Source of the DNA: Mustelus asterias
Taxonomy: Eukaryota
DNA length: 64,000 nt
Assembly: GCF_964213995.1 (NCBI RefSeq)
Contig: NC_135808.1
Coordinates: forward strand, 27,962,001 to 28,026,000
Reading direction: 5' to 3'
The notes beneath the pieces were generated by a model. It was not told where the DNA came from. It ran no database searches and saw only the letters and a list, made by a program, of their open reading frames with translations. This document shows positions 13,263 through 25,071 of this stretch, one piece after another. Every line of letters begins with the position of its first letter. The stretch's first letter is position 1. Made by a program: the position numbers and the translations under genes.

Positions 13263-13523
13263 CGTCTGTCTGGTTGGTCCGCCTCATGATGTTCTGAATA
13301 CTGATTGTCAGAGCCTGTTCCCATTCCCGTGCAGTCTGTGTTTGCTGCTTCCAATACTCAGGACCCTCACTTTCCGCCATCCAGCACTGTCGAGGTATCA
13401 TCTCCTTCCGATTGCTGTCATACAGCACAAACTCCGCATCATCCACATAGCCAACAATCACAAACTGTGGCAGACCGGGAATTGGGGTCATTGACGTAAA
13501 GAAATACCGGAGAGAGTGAGAGC
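13263..13523 (-). CDS. MHC class I heavy chain, exon 2 (alpha1 domain), shark UAA-lineage-like
   Basis: tgtttcag| acceptor and |GTGAGT donor; 261 bp. Translates (G)SHSLRYFFTSMTPIPGLPQFVIVGYVDDAEFVLYDSNRKEMIPRQCWMAESEGPEYWKQQTQTAREWEQALTISIQNIMRRTNQTD, with class I hallmarks Y7, GYVDD, Y59/W60, R84 and the N86 glycosylation site (NQT). Confidence 0.97.
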
Positions 13524-13740
13524 CTGAAACACAGAGACATCAGGGGATGAACCCCAAAACACCAGCCCCACACAGACAGGAGTATTGAGGTAACAACCCC
13601 CCCCCAAAAAACAAGCTACACAGAGAGTAACAGAACATCCAGCATGAACCCCAAAACCAAAAGACCAACCCCACAATGAGAAGCTTCATGGGAGGAAGCT
13701 CTGTAAATAATGCCCAGTCACATTGGACACCATCTGTTAG

Positions 13741-15821
13741 GAAAGTGGAGGATTTTCAAGGAATGTTTGTCTGGAGCTCTGCATGACAACGTTCCGATGA
13801 GACAGGGGGGTGTTGGTAGGGTACGGGAACCGTGGTGCACGAAGGTTGTGATGAACCTGGTGAATAAGAAAAGAGAGGCGTACAGAAGGTTCAGAGAGCT
13901 AGGAGGTGTTAAGGATTTAGAGGAGTATACGGGATGTAGGAAGGAGCTTAAGGAGGAAATTAGGAGAGCGAGAAGGGGTCATGAGAAGACCTTGGCGGGT
14001 AAGATTAAGGAGAATCCCAAGGCTTTCTACAAATATGTCAAGAGTAAAAGGATGAGATGTGAAGGCATAGGACCCTTAAAAGGTGAAGGGGGAAAAGTTT
14101 GTGCGGAACCGTTAGAAATGGCGGAGGTGCTTAATGAATACTTTACCTCGGTATTCACGGTGGAAAGGGATCTGGGTGGTTGTACTGCTGGTTTGCGGTG
14201 GACAGAAAGGATCGAGCATGTGGACATAAAGAAAGAGGATGTGTTGGAACTATTGAATGGCATCAAGGTTGGTAAGTCGCCGGGACCAGATGGGATGTAC
14301 CCCAGGTTACTGTGGGAGGCGAGGGAGGAGATTGCGGAGCCTTTGGCGATGATCTTTGCATCGTCGATGGAGACGGGAGAGGTTCCGGAGGATTGGAGGA
14401 TTGCAGATGTGGTCCCTATATTCAAGAAAGGGAACAGGGACAGCCCGGGAAATTACCGACCGGTGAGTCTAACCTCAGTGGTTGGTAAGTTGATGGAGAG
14501 GATCCTGAGAGACAGGATTTATGATCATCTAGAGAAGTTTAGTATGATCAAAAGTAGTCAGCACGGCTTTGTCAAGGGCAGGTCGTGCCTTACGAGCCTG
14601 GTTGAGTTCTTTGAAAATGTGACCAAACACATTGACGAAGGAAGAGCGGTGGATGTGGTCTATATGGACTTCAGCAAGGCGTTCGATAAGGTCCCCCATG
14701 CAAGACTTCTTGAGAAAGTGAGAGGGCATGGGATCCAAGGGGCTGTTGCCTTGTGGATCCAGAACTGGCTTGCCTGCAGAAGGCAGAGAGTGGCTGTGGA
14801 GGGGTCTTTCTCTGCATGGAGGTCAGTGACCAGTGGAGTGCCCCAGGGATCTGTTCTGGGACCCTTGCTGTTTGTCATTTTCATAAATGACCTGGATGAG
14901 GAAGTGGAGGGATGGGTTGGTAAGTTTGCTGACGACACCAAGGTAGGTGGTGTTGTGGATAGTTTGGAGGGATGTCAGAAGTTGCAGCGAGACATAGATA
15001 GAATGCAAGACTGGGCGGAGAAGTGGCAGATGGACTTCAACCCGGATAAGTGTGTAGTGATCCATTTTGGCAGATCCAATGGGATGAAGCAGCAGTATAA
15101 TATGAAGGGTACCATTCTTAGCAGTGTAGAGGATCAGAAGGACCTTGGGGTCCGGGTCCATAGGACTCTTAAATCGGCCTCGCAGGTGGAGGATGCGGTC
15201 AAGAAGGCGTACGGCGTACTAGCCTTCATTAATCGAGGGATTGAGTTTAGGAGTCGGGAGATAATGCTGCAGCTTTATAGGACCCTGGTTAGACCCCACT
15301 TGGAGTACTGCGCGCAGTTCTGGTCACCTCATTACAGGAAAGATGTTGAAGCCATTGAAAGGGTGCAGAGGAGATTTACAAGGATGTTGCCTGGATTGGG
15401 GGGCATGCCTTATGAGGATAGGTTGAGGGAGCTTGGTCTCTTCTCCCTGGAGAGACGAAGGATGAGAGGTGACCTGATAGAGGTTTACAAGATGTTGAGA
15501 GGTCTGGATAGGGTAGACTCTCAGAGGCTATTTCCAAGGGCTGAAATGGTTGCTACGAGAGGACACAGGTTTAAGGTGCTGGGGGGTAGGTACAGAGGAG
15601 ATGTCAGGGGTAAGTTTTTCACTCAGAGGGTGGTGGGTGAGTGGAATCGGCTGACGTCAGTGGTGGTGGAGGCAAACTCGTTGGGGTCTTTTAAGAGACT
15701 TCTGGATGAGTACATGGGATTTAATGGGATTGAGGGCTATAGATAGGCCTAGAGGTAGGGATATGATCAGCGCAACTTGTGGGCCGAAGGGCCTGTTTGT
15801 GCTGTGGCTTTCTATGTTCTA
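13741..15821 (+). mobile_element. Young 5'-truncated CR1 LINE with an uninterrupted RT ORF, in MHC intron 1
   Basis: 678-aa ORF 13710..15746 contains KSPGPDG, NYRPVSLTS, MDFSKAFD, GVPQGSVLGP and FADD. It has a (TTCTATG)n tail and a probable TSD TGTTAG (13735-13740 / 15822-15827). Confidence 0.95.
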
Positions 15822-16209
15822 TGTTAGTTATAGGCCAAACTATGGGCCCAGTGGCACTGATCATTGTCTGATATAGGTGGGGTCTGTGACCCACTCCTCT
15901 CCCTCCCATTCAGATTAGCTGTCTCCAAAATGACCAGAGAGAATAATCATTGCCTGAGTGGCTAAATCCAGCACGTCATTGGTCAGATACTTGATAGAAC
16001 CTACTCTGAGAAAAACATCAACATTGCTGACAGACTGAGGAAGGTGGTCCTGGGGGTTACTTAGACTAAGAGAGCATGGCCTGGAACAATCCACCCATTG
16101 ACAGACTTAACCAGAGGGTTCCGGGCTGGTCCACCTACTGATATGCTAAGGGAGGAGCTCTAGTTTACTCCTGAACCAAAGAGACTGCTGTCCCAGATGC
16201 AACCAACCT

Positions 16210-17085
16210 CAGTTGTTTTATCAATGACCTTTCTTCCCACACGAGATCTGAAATGGGGATGTTCGCTGATGACTGCACAATGTTCAGCACCATTCATATC
16301 TCCTCAGGAATAGAAGCAGTCCATGCCCAAATGCAGGAATACCTGGACAATATCCAGGTTTGAACTGAGAGTTAGCAAGAAATATTCGTGCACGAGTGCC
16401 AGGAAGAGACCATTTATCACAAGATCGCCCCTTGACATTACCATCTCTGAATCCCCCACTAGTAACATACTACCGATTACCACTGACCAGAAACTGAAGT
16501 GGACAAGCCATATAAATACTGTGACTACCAAAGCAGGTCAGAGTTGCAGCAAATAACTCACCTCCTGACTTACAAAAGCCTGTCCAACAGCTAAAAGTAA
16601 TAGAAAACTTTGCACTTGCCTGGCTGAGTCCAGCTCCACTAACACTCAAGAAGCTCAACACCATGTGGGGCAAAGCAGCCTGCTTAATTGGCACTATGTC
16701 TGCAAACATGCGTGTCCTCCATCACCTACAAAGTTTTGTACAAGATGCACTGCAGGAACTCACCATGGTTCCTTAGGCAGCACATTGCAAACCCACAGCC
16801 ACTACCACCAGCTATGAGGACAAAGGCTGCAGATACCTGAGAACACCACTAGCTGGAAGGTCCCCTCCAAGCTGACTCACTATTCTGATTTGGAAACAAA
16901 TCACCGTTCCATCACTGTCACTTTTGAATCTTTGAAGTCCCTCTCTAATAGCACTGTGGGTGTACCCCCACCATAGGAACTGCAGTTGTTCAAGAAGGTG
17001 GCTCACTGTCACCTTGTAAAGGGCACATGGGAATGGACAATAAATGCTGGGCTAGCCAATGATGCCCACATCCCATAAATGAACA
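16210..17085 (+). mobile_element. Old non-LTR retrotransposon RT/3' fragment (same family as 1330-3035)
   Basis: ttcgctgatgactgc (FADDC) at ~16262; DQKLKWTSHINTV motif. Confidence 0.65.
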
Positions 17086-18899
17086 AAGATTTCAGGTTCA
17101 GAAACTGCAGGATCTGGGAATCTAATGGAGACAGGGAAGGGGGAACTGCAAAGTTTGGTTCTGACCAACAACTATGCTATTTTTGCTACCTGTGGGGCTA
17201 AGGGAAAAGATTGTGGGATAGACATCATGGAACAGCAGGAGTAGAACAGAAAGATTGGCGTTATAGGTAATCAATAACTTATAATGAATTCCATTCTTTT
17301 TGTGCAAGTTGTTGTTCTTGTTTTATCAAGTTTTGGTATTCTGTTTATTATCTGATGATTTTGGGTAAGTTATTACAATCTTTTAGGAATGAGAGATCGT
17401 TTTAAGTAATTTGTACTTGTATTTGTGGATGTTAGGAATAAACTACAACTTTAAATTTAATTGATATATTTTTATGTATTTAAAAGGTGAAACCTGGGTA
17501 TTGGTTTCACTTTAAAGTAGAACCAGAAATTCTGAGGCTCAGTTTGTACACCAACATTTTTTAATGAGGTGTTACGACTCCTGACATGAAGAGCTGCATT
17601 ACTAAGGGGGTCAGTAGCTTATAAAAGTACAAAGGAGAGAAAAATATGCTGTTGCCTGGAAACAGGAGACCTACAGAGACAGCGAAAACAAAGAGAAAAA
17701 GTTTTATTTACAGGTCAGACCATTCCACAGAAACTGCCAGAGCAGGCAGGATGGAAATTGCAGAGATGCAATTTCCCAATAGAAAATAAAAAGATTTCAT
17801 AAGCCAGGGTGTGGAACAGAAAGAAAGGAGGTCCCATGAAGATCTTTTAGTCAAAATAAGAGGACAAGAATCCAGAACAGATCCTGTTCAGTGAAGTTGA
17901 AATAAGCAGAGGAAAATGCTTTGAAATATAGAAAGCTGCAGGCAGCTGAACCACGGGCCAATGTGAGCTTTCAAGAAGCCACAAGATCTGAGGAGACAGC
18001 CAACGTGGACGACACCATACTATAGGCCGGTGAAAAAAAGATATTCTGATGGACCAGTCTGGAAGTTGCCAGCAGCATTGGGAGCTGCCCAACGATGGCC
18101 ATTCACTCACTGTTTTGAACTGGGGTATGAACATTGGTGAACCAGAGTGGAGTATTCTTGTAGAATACGTCTGTTATGATATGGTGCTTGCTGGCCACTT
18201 TCTTAATTTTTGAGACAGTAAAGCTGCCCTGCCCACAGCAGAATACCCAGGTCAGAAGAACATGGATTGTTTTTGTTTCCTCCTGACCGGTTGAATGGTG
18301 CATGGGACCACCATTAAAACTGTTGCCTGTAAGAGCTGAGGTGCAGTATTGCACACTCCTGCAGAAATAGCAGGCCGGCTTTGGTATTGGCAAGGAAATC
18401 TAAGGTTGCAAACCATTGCATAGCACTGCACATGTTAACAAAGACAAAGACAATCCTTATCCCCATTTTATAGTGTTTTTGTGCTAAGCAACTCGATTGT
18501 CTTTCACAGTTTCAGTCCTTTGGTTGGCTCGTGTGCAGCCACAGGCCAAAATTCTCTGGTCTTACATACCCTGTTACCACTGCCAGCACGAACACAGAAT
18601 TTGGCACTCAGCTAAGTCTTCCTTCACAAATCGAGGGAAAGGAGAATCCCAGCTGTAGGCGAGGTCAGAGTATACTGGCCATAGTGTTTGCATGAAACCA
18701 TCCTGGCTTATTATATTATAAATGTCCCAGCCAGCTGTGTATACATGAGCATGTGAGCACAAAAAGTGAATTTTGGATTGTTCTTTGTTGTAGAAGTCTT
18801 TCTCCCTCGGGAGTGTTGCTATTCCCAGTTTCATGCAGTTGGGATGCAACAAGCACTTCACAGCTTCTGAGCTAGCTTTTTCATTATCTCCAATATTTT

Positions 18900-19990
18900 A
18901 GAGCTCAGGTATCTCATCCTCCAGCTCCCAAGAGCTTTGCCACTCCTTCTAGTGCTACTCTTGTCCTTCTTCATCTTCGGAACATTAGACCCTGTCATCC
19001 ATGTCAAATGTGAGTCACCCCTTGCTGCTCATCCAGGTCGTGGCTTGGTCCCTTCTCGGCCTCTTCTCTATTTGGTCTTCCTGATCAGTTCCCAATACGT
19101 CAGTTGATCTTCTGCTCATTCCTCCTCCATTGATTCGGTCTGCTGAGAAGTGGAAAGCTTAGGGGTGGGGGGGGGGGGTAGTGCTGATATCTGGTGGCTT
19201 GTTGCCTCACTTCATTCCATCCTCTAGACCCTTTTTCTGTCCTCCTTTCTCCAAGTCTGCTCACTGGCAGGTGAAGATTTACAAGTCTGCTAGACGGTAA
19301 TCAGACTCAGTTCTGTTCGCTTGCCCCGCAATTGGTTTTTGCCACCTGTGCATAACTGAGGTAGCATTTGTGCCAAGTCTTGTAGAGATGGCCTGCCCTG
19401 CCACACAGGTTACTGCCTGTAGTCTTGTTTGTCTGATGCCCTCTGTGCTTGCAGTTCTTGGAGGTGGTGGCACTGCAGTTGGCCTCCACATGCCCAGATT
19501 TGCTGCTGGACTGACAAACTTTGGGTTTTCCAAGGTACATAAGACAGCTTGGCTTTCCCTGGATAGAGAAGGTGAGGGAGGGTAGAGGATTGCTATCAAA
19601 ACATCCATCTTGAATGAATCCTTGAGCTGCTATTTGCTGGTCCAAATCCCAAAGGTATGCTATCATCAATTGCAGTTTGCAACCTCATTGGCTTACCTCA
19701 CGAGTAAAGTGAGCACATCAGTGATAGGAACAGAGGGGTGTAGAGGTGCACAACATCACATGGTTCTGTTGTGACATGGGAGTGAACAGGGGCTCAGGCA
19801 TGAAGATTCTCAGGTCTCTCTTCTACTTGTACACTGACAGAAACTTCCTGCACACAGCAACATTCTTGAAAGTGACGCCAAAGGATCCAGTGTTGGTGAG
19901 GGCTTGCAGACAGTGGATGCCCACAGCTTCAAATCCACAGGATTCCAAATGAAATGATGAAGGCATGGCCTTTGCCAGTTTTCACTGCCA
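18900..19990 (-). mobile_element. Decayed Tx1/L1-type ORF1 (ZCCHC3-like, triple zinc knuckle)
   Basis: ORF 19307..19669(-) ends ...YLGKPKVCQSSSKSGHVEANC...KNCKHRGHQ...NLCGRAGHLYKT...SYAQVA, i.e. three degenerate CX2CX4HX4C knuckles after a YxGxP motif. Confidence 0.65.
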
Positions 19991-20289
19991 CCCCAATGTG
20001 TCACATACCCCTAGTTTGGGGCTTGTCCCATTGCAGCCATTAAGTTCCCAATGTTAAGCACTGAAGCCCCTTCCACGTGAACAAACAGCCACACAGATGA
20101 ACTTCCGCATCCACAAAAGGCCAAATACTTTGCTGAAACCCCCCAATAAAAGAAATGAAACCAACAAAACAACACTAAATGCATGTAGGGACAAACCATG
20201 AACAGGGTCTCTCCTCCGTCCAATTGCTCACTGAGGATGAATGCCCCAGTATCCAGCCAGTGAGACCTCCTCTGGCCGTATTACCCACA

Positions 20290-20550
20290 GTGAGAAGTCT
20301 CACAATACCAGGTTAAAGTCCAACAGGTTTATTTGGTAGCACAAGCCACTAGCTTTCCGAGCGCTGTCCCTTCATCAGGTAAGTGGGAGTTCTGTTCACA
20401 AACAGGGCATATGACGACACAAACTCAATTTACAAAATAATGGTTGGAATGCGAATCTTTACAGGTAATCAAGTCTTAAAGGTACAGACAATGTGAGTGG
20501 AAAGAGGGTTAAGCACAGGTTAAAGAGATGTGTTTTGTCTCCAGCCAGGA
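20290..20550 (-). mobile_element. Penelope-like element terminal fragment with a degenerate minimal hammerhead core
   Basis: Minus strand reads cacttacCTGATGAagggacagcgctcgGAAAgctagtgg...aaataaacctgttggactttaacctgg. Family assignment comes from recalled shark/amphibian PLE termini. Confidence 0.6.
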
Positions 20551-20562
20551 CGTATTTCCCAC

Positions 20563-20611
20563 CTGCATAGGCCCCTCCACACAGAAGGACCAGCACTGTC
20601 AGTCCAAACAT
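20563..20611 (-). CDS. MHC class I heavy chain, exon 1 (signal peptide MFGLTVLVLLCGGAYA-G)
   Basis: Minus strand reads acaacaATGTTTGGACTGACAGTGCTGGTCCTTCTGTGTGGAGGGGCCTATGCAG|GTGGGA. This gives a 16-aa hydrophobic leader ending A-Y-A and a phase-1 donor that joins in frame to the alpha1 exon (G|GC TCT CAC = GSH). It is too short for the ORF track. Confidence 0.88.
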
Positions 20612-20699
20612 TGTTGTTTCCGTCGACAGGCTGGGATGAACAATTCGTCAGAAATTCCTTTCCGAACAAACCGTTGGTCGGAGATTCTGAGCTGTGTGC

Positions 20700-21000
20700 C
20701 CCCAGTGCTGCCTGTATTAAACAAGGAAATGTTCCTGGTTTCCTCAAGCACCCCTGCATTGATTGGTTAGACGGTGTATTTGCATCCAATCGGAATAACG
20801 ATCTCGCTGTGAATAATCAGTATCCGGGCGGAAGAGACTCAACCGTTTCTGAATCGGAATAACGACCCAAATACCACGTGACCAAATGTCCAATTGAAGA
20901 AATCCTATTATCATCATTTGCCGGGGATAGTAACAGAAAAAAAAGTTTGTTGATCAATCTGGCACGAGAAAATTGATTTGAGTTTCAATAGAAACTAAAG
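20700..21000 (-). promoter_or_regulatory. Proximal promoter of the MHC class I gene
   Basis: On the gene's sense strand: inverted CCAAT/Y-box (ATTGG, 20786-20790), octamer ATGCAAAT (20778-20785), CCAAT box (20762-20766), AT-rich TTTAATA (~20715-20721), E-box CACGTG (20875-20880) and an ISRE-like AGTTTC..GAAACT palindrome (20981-20996). CpG-rich and just upstream of the leader ATG. Confidence 0.6.
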
Positions 21001-21004
21001 TGAA

Positions 21005-21335
21005 TAGCATGGTGGCACAGTGTTTAGCACCGCTGCCTCACAGCTCCAGGAACCTGGGTTCAAATCCTGGCGTGTGTTACTGTCTGTGTGGACGTTGCGC
21101 ATTCTCCGCGTGTCTGCGTGGTTTATCTCCAAGTGCTCCTGCTTCCTCCCACAGCCGAAAGATGTGCAGGTTGAGTGGCCATGGTAAATTGTGCCTTAGT
21201 GTCCTGGGATGTGTAAATTAGACGGATTATTGGGGCAAATATGTGGTGTTATGGGGATAGTATCTGGATTCTTGTCAGTGCAGGCTCAATGGGCCGATTG
21301 GCCTCCTTCTGCACTGTGGAGATTCCATGATTCTG
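21005..21335 (+). mobile_element. HE1-type SINE
   Basis: ggtggcacagtgtttagcaccgctgcctcacagctccagg...ggcctccttctgcactgt tail. Confidence 0.88.
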
Positions 21336-22859
21336 TGAAGAAGCTGAGACCACAGTAGCCACATTAAAAGCGGCACAGTATTGCTGTCAGAAATGCTAAG
21401 ATGAGCAGTGTACATTCACATGAACTCACAATTTTGATTTGAAATTACCAATAAAGACTGGAGGATTCCAGAAAGTGGACTAATGTGTGTATACACGGGT
21501 CACAATGGATAGAAAAGGAAACCCATCTAACAGTAAGAATAGAGCGACAACAACTTTGCTGAACACCTTCGGACTGTCTGCAAGCAGGATCCAGACCATC
21601 CTGTTGCTTGCCACTTCAACACACCAACCTGCTCTCCTGTCCACATGCCACCCTTGGCCTTTTACAATTTTCCCATGAGCCCCAGCGCAAACTGAAGGGA
21701 GCACGTAAAGTTGGCTCTAATCTCTCCCCATAGATGCTGTCAGACCTGCTGAGATTTTCCAGCATTTTTTGTCTTTGAATCAGCAACATTTCAGGAGGTA
21801 CACAAAATACATAGGTTGCAGGCACCAAATGTTAAAGAGGCATATTTGATTAAAAATGATGAATCAAAGAAGCAAAAGTGTTTGGATGTCCAGGGGCAGA
21901 AAATACATGTGCACAGATTTGACATATTTTGCTTGTCATGTCCGAGATTGCACATTTTCCTACCATTAAATACGACAAGTATCTCCAATTTGCTGCTACA
22001 ATTGGGTCTCACTACTCACCTTTCTGTGTCATTGCATACATCCAGCACCCTCTGTGTTAAGCATGTTGTTTATTTTCCACCCAAGGTTGGTGAGATCACC
22101 AGACTCTGATGGTGGTCTGAACATTTTTATGGCAGTTTGTACATTTCTATTTTTATTGCACATTTGTTGTATTCAACGTTTTCTGCCCTTTTCTGCACAT
22201 TTCTGTTCACCCTGTTCTGTCCCGCTTCTAGCTACTACTACTGATGGGAGTCTGCTGTCTTGGTTTGTCAAGTCTGCAACTCCTCTGTGAAGTCTGTCAC
22301 CCAACTACACTGAGGTGATCCTCCTTTTCTGCTGTCTCCCAATATGCCCTCTCAGAGATAGTTGTAGCATTTCAGTTCAGAGGAAATGGCTGAAATGCTG
22401 ATGTTTTCTTTTCTGGGTTTCACTTCTTAAAATTATTTTGCCCTTGCTATTTCAAGCACCTCCTCATTTGCTGAGAAGTACAGAATTGTGAGCAACCTGG
22501 ATAGAGTGGATTGGAAGAGCCAATTTACCTTAGCCGTGAGGTCAGTAATTAGGGGCATAGATTTCAAATCGTTGGTCCAAAAGAGTTTAGAGGGGAGATT
22601 AGGACTTTTTTTTTTACCCAGAGGGAAGTAAGGGGCTGGGACTGATTACCTGAATGTGTTGAAGAGGCAAAAAAAAACCTCAATTCATTTAAAAGGCACC
22701 TCAATACCGTAATCCATAAGGCTACGAACCAAATGCTGGGAAAGTGGTGTCAGGCTGGGTGGCTCATTTCTCAGCTGGCGCAGACATGATGGGCCAAGTG
22801 GCCTCTTTCTGTGCTGTAAACATTCTATGATTTCATGATTCATTGCTTTTTTTGGTCTG

Positions 22860-24650
22860 TATGTGGAATTCTAAGCAAACATCTTAGCATCCAAATTTAA
22901 AGACCCCGATTTTCTTCCTAAGACCTTTATTTACTGTCCAGGATTTTGATGCGTGCAGGAAAGTGGCTAGAATATAGCATCTATTGAACTTCTTTTCCTT
23001 GTGTTTTGTTGCTGTTAATGCATCGTCTATCTTCACAAAATTGTTTCTGGCTATGTCTATCCTTGTTCTGACTTTGACCTCACACCTACCACCTTTTCAT
23101 CACCTGTTCTAAGTAGACAAACCTACCCACCTGTTCCAGTTTGATGCCATCCACTTAAGTATGATGTATTCCTTATAACTACTGCTGCTTTTGTAATTTT
23201 GGTGTTCATACATAATCCAGATTTTAAACGCCTACGTTTTATTTGCTCAATTATATTTTGTAAGTTGTCTTCTGATTCAGCAACTAGTGCCGTGTTGTTA
23301 GTTTACCCGCAGGTTGATTGTGACCCTGCTTCCAATCTTTAGCCCTGGAAGTACATCTAACTCTTCTGTGTACAGATTGAACAATTTTGGCAACAGTACA
23401 TAGTCTGGTTATAATCCTTTCTTCAGTTGAAACATATCCGATTGTCTACCTTCTATGCTGCTGCTCGCTATTTGGTCCTCATATGGCCTCAGGATAAAGC
23501 TCACTCACTACAAATTTCAACAGCACGTCTCATAGCTTATGGTAATAAACATGTCAAATTATTTCACTATATGAACTAGACATAAATACTATTCTGTGAT
23601 AAACCCCAGGATTTACATGGGAACCCATGATTGGCCTCCCAGCTGGACTTATTTAATATGTGTTCCTGGGTGATTGATAATTACCTTATCAGGTGGAACT
23701 TGTATCCCGAGCCCTTTACAAAGCAGGCCCCTGAGTCGGTCCATTGTTGCAATGTCCCAGCTCGGTCCTGTATGTGTTCACCACAGGCCTGTTGTTTTAC
23801 TTTACTTTTACTTTGTACAATAAAACACTGTTCCTTTACAACTGACTCCTGAGTTATTATATATCTACTTTCAGATATTTATTGAATATTGTTCTTGGGA
23901 TAAATATTTCCTCTTTTGATCCTACCCTGCTTTTCTCCTGTTGTGATCTTCAAGGTGAATGTAACAGATAACTCATTAAGCTAATTGTTCTAAAATGATT
24001 GCACTCCATTTCTTTAGCTGTCTTTGGCAACAAATAACGCACGTTTCATGTCTCTTGGAATATAGTGATCAAATTTCTGTTATTGCTTCTATTTTGGTTT
24101 CTCAAAGTGCTTTTAGATTTTCTGTTATTGCGTCATCTATGCTTGTGTTTTTCCTGTGCTCATCAATTTAAAAAGCATTCTTTTCTCTGATATCTTAACA
24201 TTTGGCTCATCATTTGCCTCTATATCTTGAGGAATACCATGATTTGGATCATCATATCCTGTCCGTCTTCTTGCTACTGCATCCACATCAAACAATATTT
24301 TCCAATCTTTGCCTTTTATGGACGCACTATATGTTGTCATCTCTTTATTTCTGCCTGTCAAAGATTTATCCTGCATAAAATCTTTCGCTTCTTTCTGGCC
24401 CCAATACTTCAGGATACATCTTATTATGCTATTTCTTTTTAGCCTCTCTAAATGGAGTACTTTGCACCAGACACCCGTGCGTTTCTTTTCTTTCTCCTTT
24501 CCAGCATCACTGCGAGTACCTGATCTGTCATTGATATTTTACCATTTTGGGAATATAGTACACTATTTCCTTTGCAGTGTTACTCTCGTCCATGTTTTTG
24601 ATTTTGTAATTGTCAAATGTATTGTGAAACAGTGAAAAGTCTTATTTCTT
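22860..24650 (-). mobile_element. Decayed RTE-clade LINE
   Basis: Minus strand near 23240-23300 reads ..TALVAESEDNLQNIIEQIK, similar to the RTE/BovB sequence just after YADD. Otherwise full of stops. Confidence 0.5.
23595..23861 (+). mobile_element. Possible solo LTR
   Basis: Starts TGTGATAA and ends TTATTATA (imperfect inverted ends), with AATAAA near the 3' end. No convincing TSD. Confidence 0.4.
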
Positions 24651-25071
24651 GCAGGCTGTAAGTTTTTAAGTTTATTTATTTATTAGTCACAAGTAAGGCC
24701 TATATTAACACTGCAATGGAGTTACTGTGAAATTCCCCCAGTCGTCACAGTCCTGCGCTTGTTCGGGTCAATACACCTAATCAGCACGTCTATCAGACTG
24801 GGAGGAAACCGTGCTGCCCATACAAAACATACTGTTTTTGGTTGTACAGACAAAACATACTGTTTTTGGTTGTACAGACAAAACATACTGTTCATCGAGT
24901 ACAGAGAGGAGAAGGAAAGGAGAGGGTCAGAATATAGTATTACAGTCATTGCTAGGGTGTAAAGAAAGATCAGCTTAATGGTGGTAGGTCCATTCAAATG
25001 TCTGATGGCAGCTGAGAAAAAGCTGTTCTTGAGTCTGTTGGTATGTGATTTTGGAGGTTTGTACCTATTTC

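Noticed and set aside
24822-24892. 28-bp direct repeat, about 2.5 copies, superficially CRISPR-like
   Set aside because: The units are contiguous with no spacers and lie in a eukaryotic LINE 3' region; simple slippage duplication.
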